Assembly: GCF_009914755.1 (NCBI RefSeq)
Contig: NC_060927.1
DNA: 64,000 bases
Strand: one strand, 5' to 3'
Source of the DNA: the human T2T-CHM13v2.0 reference genome, Homo sapiens
Position numbers and translations under genes: made by a program. The notes beneath the pieces were generated by a model. That model was not told where the DNA came from and ran no database searches. It saw nothing but the letters and a program-made list of their open reading frames with translations. This document shows, piece by piece, positions 1-15,447 of this stretch (position 1 is its first letter; every line of letters begins with the position of its first letter).

Positions 1-1869
<1,869 letters not shown>

Positions 1870-1874
1870 TATAA

Positions 1875-2225
1875 CCGTTGGGAGTTTCTCTCAGTATAAT
1901 TCCTTTGACATTCTTCCAGGTTGTCATTTGTATCAGTAGCTCATTCCTTCTAACTGTTGAGTAATGGTCTATGGTAGGTATGTAACAGCATTTAATTAGC
2001 CATTTACCTGTTAAATTATATCTGGGTTACTTAGAGTTTTGGGTTATTATCCTTATATCAACTATTTTATTCTTTGCTTTTGTTTGTTGCCCTGTTCCTC
2101 TTTTCATGCCTTCCTGTGGGTTAATTGAACATTTTCTAGTTTTCCATTTTGACTTGCATATACTGTTTTGTGTGGTATCTCTCTGTATAGTTTTCTGAGT
2201 AGCTGCTCTGTATGGAGTTCTTAAA
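1875..2225 (-). mobile_element. Old L1M fragments
   Basis: Degenerate similarity to antisense L1M sequence (tatcagtagctcattccttc...catttacctgtt); boundaries approximate. Confidence 0.5.
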
Positions 2226-2254
2226 ATCAATTTTCCTAATTGCCTCTTAAGTTA

Positions 2255-2395
2255 ACTATTAGTATTCCTATATCACAGATAAGAAAACTGAGGCTGAAAC
2301 AGTATGTAGCATATCCCAGATCACATAACTAGTAAGTGCAGAGCTGGAATCTGAACCTAAGTCTGTCTTACTTCAGAATCTACTGTCTTGCTACC
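2255..2395. mobile_element. MIR SINE
   Basis: MIR core: acagataagaaaactgaggct...agatcacataactagtaagtgcagagctggaatctgaacc. Confidence 0.8.
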
Positions 2396-4322
2396 ATTGG
2401 CCACAGGGCAAAGTGGGAAAGCCTCACTCATTATAAGCCATCTTTACTAGGGAGGAAATTGACAAGATTTGGAAACACTGAGTAAGGATCCAAAATGTCG
2501 TATCTCAAGGCTTTTGCTCTTGTTCTTCCTTCAGTCTGTGATGCTTCTTCTTTAGTCTCTTTCTACCTATCTAAACACAACTTACTGGAATGCAGCCACC
2601 TCTATTAATCCTTCTTCAATTGCCTTACCTCTCCACTGTAGAAAATGATTGTTTTCCTTTGGTTTCTGCATGGCAGTTTATTTATACCTCTCTCCTGTCC
2701 TGGATTCTGGCTAGCTATTCATATACTCCTTGCTTCCTGTCTGATTGGAAAAGCTTTGAGAAAATGAACTAAGACATAATTAATCTTTGTCATCTCTAGC
2801 TAGAACAGTATCTAGTATGCAGTAGTTGATCTAGCAAATATTTACTGAGCTCAGTGAAACTGAATTAGTACTTAGAAGTTCTGAGTAAATCTGCTAAGTT
2901 ATTTGGAAGGAGAGTTAACAAGAACCTTCCTAGATAATTAACAGATAATTACCTCCTTGATAGATTATATCTTTTACATGTGTCATTGAGAATTTTCAAG
3001 AGTTGAAAAGTAGAAAGCAGATCAATTCGATTAATTAACAGGTGGGGAATTCCTCGCTCCTATTTAGAAAATTCTTCAGGTTATAAAGGTTTCATTTAAA
3101 AAATTGTGTAAAGCTCAAATATCCTGGTACCCACAGAAAGAAGGAAAGAGTTTTTTTTTTATTTTAATCATTGTTTATCAAACATGGTGAAATATCTCTT
3201 TCAGGATTATCTCTAAATTCAGAAAAAAGATAAGCTAGCAAGTGTTTACCAAGATCACATATTTAAAACCTACTCTAGGGGAAAAAAAGTCATTTCATTG
3301 ACATAATGACCCTTTTATACGTTTAAGTAGTGCTTTGCTTTAAAAGCCATAAAAATATATATACAGTAATACAGTAATATACTCATCTCTCATTCTAAAA
3401 CAACTACTATAAACCATGATTTGTAAGAGTTTTAAACATAAACGCTTTACTAGGAGGGCATGAATACGATTTATATTGCTGTACTATTCCTTCCTAAGTG
3501 CTTCTTGAAGTCCATTTTCCTCATAAGTTGTGACTTCTCAAGTAGAATAGAAGTACTATTGAACGTTATTAATGCAACTCTATTTTAAAAAAATAAATTA
3601 AATTTGATTTTTTGAATATGACTAGTCAAAAGAGGAAGAATTGCATGAATCTTTAATTTTAATTTAACTAGGAATAAATATATACACAGTGATTACTCAT
3701 CCTTAAGATTAATAATCATAAATCTTCAAGTTAAAGAGATCTTGACCATAGCTTAGTGTTACCCAGATGAATTAGTCTGACTGTACACTGCAGAGAATTA
3801 TAAAATGATCCAAGATTCATAAATATGCACAGTGCTTTTCAGTTTATAAAATGCATTTAAATGGTCATGATGGGAGAGCACAGATTTGGAGACTAAAGTT
3901 AGGGAAGTTGTTTAATATCTGGGCAATTTCATTTCCTCTTTTCTAGTACCTAATCATCAATGGTTCATTACCTGCAAGGTATGAACATACTATTTTACAA
4001 TATATATGCTCTTCTCTTGCTCCAGTGACCTTTGTCTGTCTCCCCTCATGTACCTTGTATTTCACCGCCCATTTTTCAATTCATGCCATGTTTCAAAATG
4101 ACTTCACTTTGCTCTCACTTTGCTTCTTTCCATCAAACTAAAGCCTGTTTGTGTCCTAAAGAGAAGCCTGAGTTTCATGTCTCTTACAAAATTATCTAAA
4201 CTACTCCAAAATTTCACATGCTGTCTTTCTTCTATGTGCCACATATTCATTCATCAAGCATTTGAGTTCATAGGTACTTTGCTACCTATGGTAAGCTGTA
4301 TTCTCTGCCTGCAGCATTTTCG

Positions 4323-4726
4323 ACATTTTTTAGATGCATTGCTCATAGTAGGTGAAATGAAGCAAATAAACTCTGCATCCAGCCAACATTATAGACGTAT
4401 GTATAGCCATAATATTTCTGCATCCAACCAACATTATAGCCACGTATATAGTTAGGGAACATCCAGGAGGGACTCAACTTCTTATTTTTGGTTGTTCTTT
4501 GGGGTAACTATTTCTCAAAAACTCCTAGTTAGCATGAATCATATCACATCCTCCACTAGAGTATAAATCCACAAAAATAAACACTCTTTTTTTCTTACTG
4601 TTGTACTCCAGATAACTAGAGCAGTACCTGGTCCAGTGTAGGCACTGAATTATGTTGGTTGCATGCAGAAATCTTAGAGTTATTTGCTTCATTTTGCCTA
4701 CTATGAGCAATGCATCTAAGAAATGT
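4323..4726. repeat. Imperfect inverted repeat, about 70 bp arms (4323-4389 and 4652-4726)
   Basis: acattttttagatgcattgctcatagtaggtgaaatgaagcaaata matches the reverse complement of tatttgcttcattttgcctactatgagcaatgcatctaagaaatgt. The ORF track shows the same peptide (LIVGxMKQI) on opposite strands. Confidence 0.92.
4545..4668 (+). mobile_element. L2 3' end fragment
   Basis: actgttgtactccagataactagagcagtacctggtccagtgtaggcactgaat resembles the L2 3' terminus. Confidence 0.6.
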
Positions 4727-5165
4727 TCATGACATATTTGACAAATGAATTTTAATAAGACAGATATATCTTGGTCCTAGATATTTCAATCTTCACTATT
4801 ATCTGTACTTTCACTAAGGAGCAAGACATAAGTAGGATTTAAAATGTGCAGAGAAGAAAATGTAGCAAAAGACAAAAGCACAGGTCTTGGATGGCTGTGC
4901 TCCTTTTAAATCCTCTATCTGAAAAAATTTTGATATGAAAATAAAAATTAAATTTAATTCTTCTTTTATTGATTATTTTTTATTTCATACATTGTTAGGT
5001 TAAATTGTTATCCTTAGCTTTAATATTTTTACTTTGAAAGATGCTATTGCCAAAAATAAAAGCTAAATAGTTTTTCAAAGATAATTTTTCTTTTTATCAC
5101 CATGAGACTTAAGACACTCTTAGTTGAATAATCTCAATGTCATTTTTCCTCTGTGTGTCATGCAG

Positions 5166-5243
5166 GACATGAATGACAAGGGACCAGCAACAGAAGTCTT
5201 GCTAAATAGGAGGGAGTCTGACTGCATCCTTATCAGAAAGAGG
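5166..5243 (+). other. Candidate 78-nt internal exon (unverified)
   Basis: Acceptor catttttcctctgtgtgtcatgcag, donor agg|gtgagc; one open frame (DMNDKGPATEVLLNRRESDCILIRKR). Confidence 0.3.
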
Positions 5244-5399
5244 GTGAGCTGGCAAAGTCAAGAAGCAAATTTAGGAAAATTAATTGAACAATAGCGAAAA
5301 TGCAAGTTCATTAAAGTTTAATAAAGGCAAAAGAGAAACTGGTAATTCCCATTAATAAACAATCAAGTTGTTGGGTTTGTTGGGTTTTGTTTTGTTTTG

Positions 5400-5563
5400 T
5401 TTTGTTTTTTCACTTACTTTTGTTTTTGTTTTTGTTTTAGATGGAGTCTCGCTATGTTGTCCAAGCTCAACTAGATAGACTAGAACTCCTGGGCTCAAGT
5501 GACCCTCCTGCCTCAGCCTCCCAAGTAGATGGGATCATAGGTGTGTATCACTGCATCCAACTC
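5400..5563 (-). mobile_element. FLAM/AluJ monomer fragment
   Basis: T-rich tail followed by gatggagtctcgctatgttgtcca...gaactcctgggctcaagtgaccctcctgcctcagcctcccaagtag. Confidence 0.85.
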
Positions 5564-6518
5564 ATATAATCAAGTTCTGAGCAACTTATGCTCTCAAATA
5601 TTATTAAATGATACTCCCAAAGGAACTCTTACATGCCAGACTTAGATTTCCATACATCTGCTCAAGATAGAACATTTGAATTTGACACATGGCTTGTTGT
5701 CTGACAGCCAAAAATTCAGTTTTGGCAGCATCAGTGTCTTTGTCCACAGTAGAACAACATTTATGCCATTATTTCAATATATTATTACAATGTCTTTTCA
5801 ACATTGTTTCTTATAACCCCAAAACTTTTCAAAGGTGTTGCTTGTTTATGAAGGTGGGAAAAAGGGTAAGAGTGATGAAGTAGGAAGTAGGGATTTTTAA
5901 TTTTTAAAACACAAACTTTTTAATTTATGTTTAAGACAATACAAGATTTTGTTTTAAAAAGTTGTTGCTAGAAAAAGAGCTTGAAAATTACTGCTTTTTA
6001 AAACACGAGTGAATATGGAAATAATAAGTGTTGATACTAATGATGAAAATCATAAGTATCATACATTTAAAATTGTTGCAAATATAGAAAACAATAGACC
6101 TGCCAACAGCAAAACATTTTTAGCCTACAATACTCATTGCTTTTAAGCTGGGAGACTATCTATTCCTTGGAGGAAGAATGGGGAAATTAAAGAACATGAA
6201 TAAAATGCCACGAATATACTGTGACTGCATTTAACAAGGGAGGTGTGATGAGGAATTTTTAAAAAAATTTTTTTAGCTTTTTTGGAAACAAAGTCCCATG
6301 GTTGAAACACACAAACATGTTCAAGTTTGCTGCACATTTTCAGGAATACAGTGTATTCGAAAGAAAGTGGCCTGCACTATAAATCACGCAGGTAGGAATT
6401 GTTCTGAGCCCAAGAAACTTCAACATCTCAGAACTGGCTAACAACTTTTAAATCCTATAAAAGAAAGTTTTGACTCGGGTCTGTTTTATGACTGCCTCTG
6501 GGACTATGACACTGATAT

Positions 6519-6760
6519 GCAGGATTTTTCAGCCTTAACACTATTGACATTTAGGGTAGGAAAATGCTTCATCATGAAAGGAGTTGTCTGAGCCTTGTAG
6601 TATGTTTCAAAGCATCCTTGACCTCTACCACTACATTCCAGTAGCATCCACCCTCTCCCACCCCATCTCCAACTTTCTCTCCGCCCTGAAGAGTGACAAA
6701 ATGTCTCCAAACAATGCCAAGTGTCCCATGGTTGTATATTGCCTCTCTAGAGAACTACTG
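6519..6760. mobile_element. MER20 (hAT-Charlie MITE)
   Basis: ccttaacactattgacattt...gcatccttgacctctaccactacattccagtagca...gagaactactg matches the recalled MER20 consensus. Confidence 0.8.
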
Positions 6761-7519
6761 ATATAAACTATAGGACCAAGCCTGACAGAAGAGCATAACC
6801 ACAAAGTGATGCTAGGATTACTTCACATGCTTTCTGGACTAAAGAAATCCAAATGAAACAACATTATTGGTTAAAGTAATTGTGTTTCAGTACCTAACAG
6901 TTTCTCAACTGTTATAGTTTAGGTCTTGCTTTCCAAGCATTACTAAATGGGCAAATTCAGCTGAGACCATTATGTTAATATTGTCGACTTTGTTAGTTTA
7001 TAAGACATCATTCTACTGCTATCTTGTACTTCAGTTTGGTGTTTTATGACCTATAAATATAACAATCTAGGTGAGAGGTTTATACTTTCATGTAAGTGTC
7101 TTTGAATGTTCCTTATAGGTAAAATTAGTGCTATAAAATATGACCTCTTGAATTTCACTGGGTTTTAAATAAGGATTGTTGATAACTTGAAAACTCTTGT
7201 CTTTAATTTTTAATAAAAGTTCTAAGTATGTCAAATTAAAAATTGTGGTAGCTTAATTTTTATTCTGTGAATAATTTACAACACAGATGGAACTCATTGA
7301 CAGCTCTTAGGACCTTTTCAACAAATATTAAGTTAGCATCTACCAAATGTGAGGCATAAGAAATGAAGTGCTGAATGCTAATTTAATGCCTCTTAAAGAC
7401 CTCTCTGTCTGAAGTTTGTGTGTTTACCATCTTTTTTTTTTTTTACTACTTATTATGTATAATTTTTACTAACTCAGACTGTTGCTGTTTGTTGCTACAA
7501 TCACTTGGAGATAAAACTT

Positions 7520-8610
7520 ACTTTTGTAAGTTTGAGAACTAAATCTCCATATCTAATCAGGATCTCTTCTAGGCTCCAGAAGTTCATCTCCAACTCTTTA
7601 CGAGGAAGTTCAGTTTAATATTTTAATTTGCACCTGAAATGCAACAAATAAAAATGATCTTTATTCCACTCTTCATCCCCTGAGCTTCTATCAGATAGGT
7701 ATCTCAGAATTTCTAGTCTGCAATACTGTGGGAAACAGAAATCTTGATGCTTTTTATTGCCACTCAACAGACCAGGTCTGGATCTGATCTATTGCAATAA
7801 TTTTGTCTTGTCTACAAGCGCCTATCAAAATAAACTATACTTTGGTTGTCATTCAAGGCCTTTCTTAGACTATAAAAAGCCTACCTTTATATTTGGTTTG
7901 TCTTTTGACCCTTGACTCGAGCCAGGCTGACTTCCTACTGTCTGAATCCACCATGTACATTCCTGCCTTTTCACTTCTCTCATGAACACATTCCAAAATG
8001 GTTGCTGACATGAAGGCATCCAGATTTTAGTTTATAGCAATTTAATCTGTTTTCTGAATTCAGTTATTCTATATAATTTAACGTAAAAAAGTTTATGTCG
8101 GTCCTGCTTAAAATCATCTAGTGCTTTCCACTGCAGTTAAAATATACTAAATAATATGGGTCATGACAGCTCCTTCAAATTTAACTGGGCATACTGTTTT
8201 TGTCTACTAGGGCTGGAAGTTCTAAACTTGAACCATTCTCTCTTAAATCATTCTCAAATAAACTGACCACCTTTCCCAAAGGCATGTCTAAGTAATCAGC
8301 TTGTACTTCTCTTTCTGTGTAGACTATAATTCCACAGTTCATCATATGTTTCCTCTTTGTCGTGCTTCAGTTCAAATTCCGTCTTCTCATACAAGACTCT
8401 CCTGATTACACAGTGTAAAATGTCCTGCCTTTGCCCTGTTTTACTTTCTCTATAGAATTTATTTCCATGCATAATTAATTTGTGGGTTGTTTTTTTTTCT
8501 CTTTAACACAGGGAAGTTACTTCTCTGGCTTACTCTTTTATCTCCAGAGGTTTGAACAAACTTACAAACAGTGGTAGTTTAAAAAATATTTGTAGAATAA
8601 TTGAATGAGT
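7520..8610 (+). mobile_element. Degenerate L2 LINE
   Basis: Scattered L2-like motifs, ending in aaatatttgtagaataattgaatga; boundaries approximate. Confidence 0.5.
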
Positions 8611-8704
8611 AAGTTCATGTTAAAAGTAGACCAAAGGTTTCCGCTTCCATGAATAGCCAAGCTGTTATTATATCAGCTTTCTTGTAGATAACTATAAACT
8701 ATAG

Positions 8705-8729
8705 ACACACACACACACACACACACACA
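8705..8729. repeat. (AC)n microsatellite
   Basis: About 12 AC units, read directly. Confidence 0.95.
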
Positions 8730-9019
8730 GAGCATTGCTCTAGATTACACTCCAGTCCGTGCCATAAAATTGACTAAAACTCTGATAGAAACTTGCAGTC
8801 TTACATGAAGTGCCAGATGATGATTTTGAGTCAACATGAAAAGTGAGGGAGAAAATTTTCAGAGAGAAGAAATCCATCAAGGAAGAACTTTAAATGTAGT
8901 GCCTAAACTCTGCCCAAATTTCTTGATGTGCCCTGAACCATGAATATGCAAGACATAGGCAAAGCAGTCTACCTAAGTCTGAAAGAAATGAACTGAAAAA
9001 GCTGCCACCCAGCAGAGGG

Positions 9020-9210
9020 AAGACAAAATTGGCCAAGCCCTCTGTTGCAACTGAATCACAATTGACCTTCTCTCTACCCAACCTTGGTTCTCATACATCC
9101 TTATGGATTGTTCCCAAAAGCACTTTTGTTATGGATTTGTTCCCAGAAGCACTTCCTAGTAAATCACCTGCATGCTAATCTTTACCATAGAGTTTGTTTC
9201 CAGGGAATTG
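9020..9210 (+). mobile_element. ERVL LTR fragment (LTR16-like)
   Basis: gttgcaactgaatcacaattgaccttctctctaccca...taaatcacctgcatgctaatct...agagtttgtttccagggaa; contains a small tandem duplication of ttatggattgttcccaaaagcactt. Confidence 0.6.
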
Positions 9211-9459
9211 AATATAAGATAATAACAGAGATTTGAAGGCAGACCCCACCATTTACTATTGAAGCTACTTCTTTAATTCTTTGGGTAAGTTTGAAGCTTT
9301 CATGGATTTTATGAAGATTTAATGAGGAAGTAGACATGTGAGTAATATTATATGTAACACTCTCCACAGAACTAAGCCTTATTTAAGATAAAAAACTTTA
9401 CAAAGGTGTTACTTAACTGGTGTTTTCTATGTCGAGCAACTAAGACTCTATTTTTTAAG

Positions 9460-9797
9460 CACACTTTTTAATCTGATGTAATTATACATTAATGTGAATT
9501 AAATGCAAAAATTATAAGTGTACGGCTCAATGCATATGCACAGCTATGAAACTACCACTCAGAGCAATCTATGAAACATTTTTCAGCACCCCACTCCTCA
9601 CTTAACACTGCCACCAGAGACAACAATTACTCTGATTTTCATCACTATATATCAGTTTTTCCTGTTCTTGAACCCATATGGGTGCAATTGTACAGTATAT
9701 GCTATTTTATGTCTGGTTTTTCCCACTCAACATAACTGGGTTCATCTATGCTATTGTGGAAATTAGTAGTATGTTCTCTATTTACTTATTTATTAAT

Positions 9798-9848
<51 letters not shown>

Positions 9849-10350
9849 GAGACAAGGTCTGGCTCTATTGCCCAGGCTGGAATACAGTGGCATGATTTTA
9901 GCTCACTGAAAACTGCACCTCCTATGCTCAAGCCATCCTCCCACCTCAGCCTCTCGAGTAGCTAGGACTACAGGTGCATACCACCATGCCCGGCTAATTT
10001 TTGTATTTTTTTGTAGGAACAGGGTTTTGCCATGTCGCCCAGGCTGGTCCCAAACTTGTGAGCTTAAGGGATCTGACCACTTCGGCCTCCCAAAGTGCTG
10101 GGATTACAGGGGTGAGCCACTGTGCCTGGCCTAGCAGTTTGTTCTTTTTTTAATCATAGTGATTCTTATAAAAATATATCACAATTTACTTACCTATTTT
10201 ACTCCTTATCACTTAAGTTGATTCTTGTGTTTGGCTATATAATAAAGCCACTGTGAACACTTTTGTACATGTCTTTTAGCAGATACATGAACTCATTTAT
10301 CTTAAATAGATGCCTAGGAGTGCAATTGCTGAATTATAGGATAGGTTTAT
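9460..10350 (-). mobile_element. Old L1ME/MC 3' fragment hosting an AluJ
   Basis: Antisense L1M 3' motifs (ataagtgtacggctcaatg; tacatgtcttttagc...cctaggagtgcaattgctg). Confidence 0.65.
9779..10131 (-). mobile_element. AluJ with (TA)n/poly(T) tail
   Basis: gacaaggtctggctct...gctcaagccatcctcccacc...gtgagccactgtgcctggcc; decayed TSD tagtagtatgttct / tagcagtttgttct. Confidence 0.92.
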
Positions 10351-10914
10351 TGGTCAAATGTATCTTGATAAAACCTGCCCAATATTAGGATTTGAATCCA
10401 TACACTCTGTTAAATAATATATACATATATATATGCTACTAGTTAAATTAAAATATATAAAAATTACAAAGATTATGAATGAAACCTGTGAATGCTCAAC
10501 AAGACGGATAGTGAAAAGCAGAGAAAATAATCATCTAAAAAATGAATAGAAAACACAAGTTCATTTCTCTTGTTCAGTGTAGCTACACAAACACTGGGAA
10601 TCAGTCTAACCAGCATTTTGTTCTACAATTCTTCGTCAGACCTGCACGTTTGTTTTTAATTTACAGATAATACATAGAAAGACATATTGAGTATGACACC
10701 TCAGGTTGTCCTGAAGGTTGGATGAAGTAGTTGAAAACCCTGTCACTGATCTGCCTACAATGGGCTGGGCAGTAATGATACAGCAAAAAGAAAAGAAATA
10801 AAAGTATAATAGAATTAGAAGACCCTCACAATGGTTGCACTGTGAGAATATTCCTTGTTGAACATGAAAACAACTTATTAAATATTAAAATGGCAGTATA
10901 TTAAAATGGCATCA

Positions 10915-11185
10915 TCTTGAAGAAGACATTTACAAAAATAGAAGCATGGTTAAGGGAAACCAATAAGCAGAAATGGAGCCATTACCAGGGTTAGGACTGC
11001 AATCAGCAAGCATAAGGAGTTTTGTTACCAGAATCTGGAGAAGCTAGCCCAATAAAAACTGTTGTCTTCAGTGGATGAAATCAACCAAATGGTCGCATTG
11101 TGGCAAGGAGAGAGTTGGAGATGTAAATATCCTAACCTCATTCACTTTCTGCCTTCTGAACAGCTGGAACTTCTCACTGGCAAAT
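10915..11185. mobile_element. Probable ancient ERVL-type LTR fragment
   Basis: acatttacaaaaatagaagcatggttaagggaaaccaataag resembles LTR40/41-type sequence; weak match. Confidence 0.35.
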
Positions 11186-11806
11186 TGCATGTGTCACTTC
11201 TGAATTATTTTCATAGCCAATAATTTTAAAGCTAAAATTAATAGGTCATAGGGTATGGATTTTTAAATATCTTAGTATGTTGTCAAATAGTCTTAAGGGA
11301 TGGTTACACTGTTATATGCACTCAAAAGGATATTAGGAGAGTAGCATTTGTAATAACTGGACAGGTAGAACATTTTCTCTTGTACTTTAATAGACCATTA
11401 GTTTTTCTCCTGTGAATATTTTCTCTGTATATTCTCTACTTCTTTTAACAGTAGAGTGCTAGTGTTTTCCCTGATAATTTGCTAGGGCTCTCAATCTATT
11501 AAGAATATAAATATTTATTTATTTAAGCTAGATTTGCTACTCATTCAATCTTTTAAGATTTTTTTCCTACTGACAGTGCTTAGGGAGTTATTTCTCTTTC
11601 TGAAATCATTTAAAATTGTGTATTTCCTGGTTTACAGTACCATAGCGATTTTTCTGACTCAGAATTTCTTAATCTATCTGACACCTTTCAAATATTTATA
11701 TAACAGTTGTACCATTTGGGAACATGATTTCTCTCTTCACTAATTTCTTATATGTGTTATCAAAATGCTGTTTTTTTCATCTTTCTGCCCTTCCTTCCTT
11801 CCTTTA

Positions 11807-12221
<415 letters not shown>

Positions 12222-12779
12222 TTGTGACAAGCATGCTGTGAATTTTTTTTTAAAAGGTTAAGGTATGATAGGAAAATAGGAGCCAATTGGGTAAAGAAAA
12301 TTCCAGGTAGAGGGAATATCATATGTGATAGTCATCTAATGACAAATAGAATGGTACATTATTTTAAAGCTATAAAAAGGACGGAATTGTTGAAGCAAAA
12401 TGACAGAAGAGCAATTAAAGTTGAACCTGAAGAGGTAGGCCAAGGCCAGGCCACAAAGGGCCTTTGGTCAATTTATGGATATAGATCTTTATTTCAGAAA
12501 CAAAAGAAAAGCATTTGGGAGTTAAATGATGAATAAAGAATGATATAGTTCAATTTTTAATTTGAAAAGAACTTTTGTTTGCTGAGCCCCATAAAATTTT
12601 TGACAAGCCTAGTTAGGCGGCAACTGCAGCAATTCAAGAGGAAGGCTTAGGAAGGTAACAGTGGAGAATAAAGTAAAATCAATAGAATTTCATGCTGAAG
12701 TGGATAGAGAGCATTAGAGAACAGAACCTTCGTTGAACTTAGAAATACCCATGATCTTTTGTGTTCTTTCCTCTGTTAC

Positions 12780-13305
12780 GTGATGTTCTATAAGAACTAG
12801 GTCCATTTTCGTATTCAGGTCCATTTTCCAGCCCTCTGTTTTTTTTTTTTTTTTGGTTTTTTTTTTTTGGTTTTTTTTTGTTTAAATAGGAGCTGATCCC
12901 TGCACACTGCATTCACTCAGCTCACTTTGACTGGTCAGCCAACAAGAGGCCTTAAGGAGATTGAAAGATGAGAGAAAAGAGAAATCAAGGAAATTTTTTC
13001 TTCCTTCTCTTCCTAGAGTGGTATCTTCAGTCATGAATATGTTTCCCTATGACTGTGGTGTACATTAAACAGGTCTAGTGTGTTTCTAGCTTCCCCAAGG
13101 ACTTCAGCCCCTAGAGTTCCATAGCACGTCCTCCCTTGGACCTGCAGCCTAAGGTCAATACTAGCTTCCCGCTATTGCTAACTTCTGGTTTGCCTACATA
13201 TATTCTACTTGACTTTTCAGTTACTTCATCACTTATGTAACCAAATCACCTCTATATTAAATACTTAGAGAGGTTTCTATTTTCCTGCTTGAAGTCTTAG
13301 TGATA
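12780..13305 (+). mobile_element. LTR33-like ERVL LTR containing a poly(T) run (12839-12882)
   Basis: ggagctgatccctgcacactgcatt...cagccaacaagaggcc...ggagattgaaag; ends tattaaatacttagagaggtttctattttcctg. Confidence 0.55.
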
Positions 13306-14931
13306 TAAGCCTCAAAGCTCAAATCTAGAATTAAGAATTATAAGTGTCAAAGATCTATACCTCAGGCTTGACTCTCTCTGCCCATTTAAGTCAATGTAGA
13401 GGTGCACTGTACGGATTAAGAGAAGCAGTAGTGTAATAAATTAAGCACTTAAGCTCATTTGGTTCACCAGGCAGCCCTCTAGCTCACAGTTCTTTCTTTA
13501 TAAAACAGAAATGTTTTTAAAAAGTAAGAGTCATTTTTATATACCTAACCAGTAGGGAGGCCAGTTTTGATATGGAATTTAGAATTTGTAGCTTTATGCT
13601 TACCCTTTATAACATGCTAATTATGGACAGTAAACATTCTGAATCAGGTGGTCAGTTCTATACAATTTTGATCTCTTTCAAAATACTCTTTCAACTTACA
13701 CTTGAAAATTGTAAATAATCATATAAAATAATTATTTTATCAAAATTTATGTTAGTTCAACAGTCAAGCATTTATCAAGTACCTACTAAATTAGAGACAC
13801 AACAGCACATTTTTTACATGTATTTGATTTCATCTCCCTTGTTTGTTACAATAAAAAATTTAGAAACTGATACCCAGAGAGGTTGATCGAATTGCAGAAA
13901 GTCATTGCAATAGACCTTAAAGTCACTCCTGTGATATGCTATAGCCAATCTGTTTTACTTTTGGCATGCTTTAGACCAAATATATCTTCTGGGTTTTTGT
14001 TTGTTTGTATGTTTCAGTTGGTCCAGATACCAAATAGACATCAAAAGGAAATGACATATTAGATCATGCAACTTAATGAAAAACAGCAATATTATAATTA
14101 AAATATTTCAACATATGGCGGCAAAGTGGAATTGTCTAAGAGCTTTTACATCACATTGAAAGACTAAATCTTTTTCTGCACTGAAGTCTAGCAGTTTGAG
14201 CAGATTGAAAAAGTTTCTGTATCAGATGGCTTTCTAAGTTTCATGCGTAGAAACCAATTCTGGCTAAATTATTAAAATAAAAATTTGAAAGAAAATCATC
14301 TTCATACGATCTACAAAAGTTCAATTTTTAAAACCTTTTCAGCCAGACCAGGATAAACTTTATCAAATAGCCCTATCCAGGAAATGGCACTTCTATGAAA
14401 AGAAACAGGACATGTTGTTTTGCCTGAACAACAAACTGTAGGTGAAGGGAGATTAATAGTTCAGAGTCCGTGAGTCGGCGGCACCAGGAGCCTGTTTCAA
14501 TCCAGCCATGCTGGTGGTCACCTTGCCCCTTAGGTAAATGTTTATGTCAACGCATTTAAAGAACTGTAATAGTAGTGGAATGAATTTGTTATAGGTGATG
14601 ATGATCGATCCTGAGGAATAATTGCCTACTATCATAGCACCATGAGGGACCACTGTGACATGATCAGATGATAAATTTAATAAAATAAAATCTTTTTAGT
14701 GTCTGTTCAGGTTTCATCAGGAGCTTATATTGGAAACAGTGATGAGCAGAAATGACTAGTACAGCAGAGGCTGTTGCTCTGATAAGGCACATGTCTGGTT
14801 GTGTGGGGCTTATCTGGTGTCTGCGGTTGATGAAGACATTATCTTCAGTTCCTAGGAGGGCACTGGCATTCACCGGTCTCCAAATACATCTTCAAAGATG
14901 GTTCTGAAGTAACACTGGGTCTCAAGCCTAG

Positions 14932-15447
14932 TGCAGATGGAAGAATATTGAGTACATAAAGATATCCATGTCCTGATCTCTGAAACCTCTGAATATGTTA
15001 CCTTACATGGTGAAGGGGATTTTGCAGATGTGGTTAACTTAAGGTCATTGAGATAGGGAGACTATCTTGGATTATCCAGGTGGGCCCAATCTAATCATGA
15101 GCCCTTAACATTGGAAAATCTTTCCTATCTGCGGTCAAGAACAGATGTATTTAAAGAAAAAGGGTCAGAGAGATGCAATGTTGCTGGCTTTTAAGACAGG
15201 GGAAGGAGGCCATGAGCGGGAAAACAAACAAACAAACAAACAAACAAACAAACAAACATGGGCAGCTTCTAGAAAGTGGAATCAGCAATGAAATGGATTC
15301 ACTCCTAAAGCCTGCAGAAAGGAACAGGTCTTGCCAACATCTTGATTTTAGCCCAGTGAAACTAGTCTCAGACTTCTGACATACACAACTGTAAGACAAT
15401 AAATTTTTATTGTTTTAAGCCATTAAGTTTATAATTTGTTACAACAG
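14932..15447 (+). mobile_element. MLT1D/E-like MaLR LTR with internal (AAAC)n
   Basis: gaatatgttaccttacatggtgaaggggattttgcagatgtg...ttgattttagcccagtgaaac...ttaagtttataatttgttaca. Confidence 0.85.

Noticed and set aside
3933-3984. 32-nt micro-exon (ttttctag|...caag|gtatga) and other isolated acceptors (near 26628, 34841, 57992)
   Set aside because: Weak or unpaired splice sites at a frequency expected by chance in 64 kb.
14595-14670. C/D-box snoRNA (gtgatga...ctga)
   Set aside because: The CTGA lies only about 9 nt after the C-like box, and there is no terminal stem or properly spaced D box.
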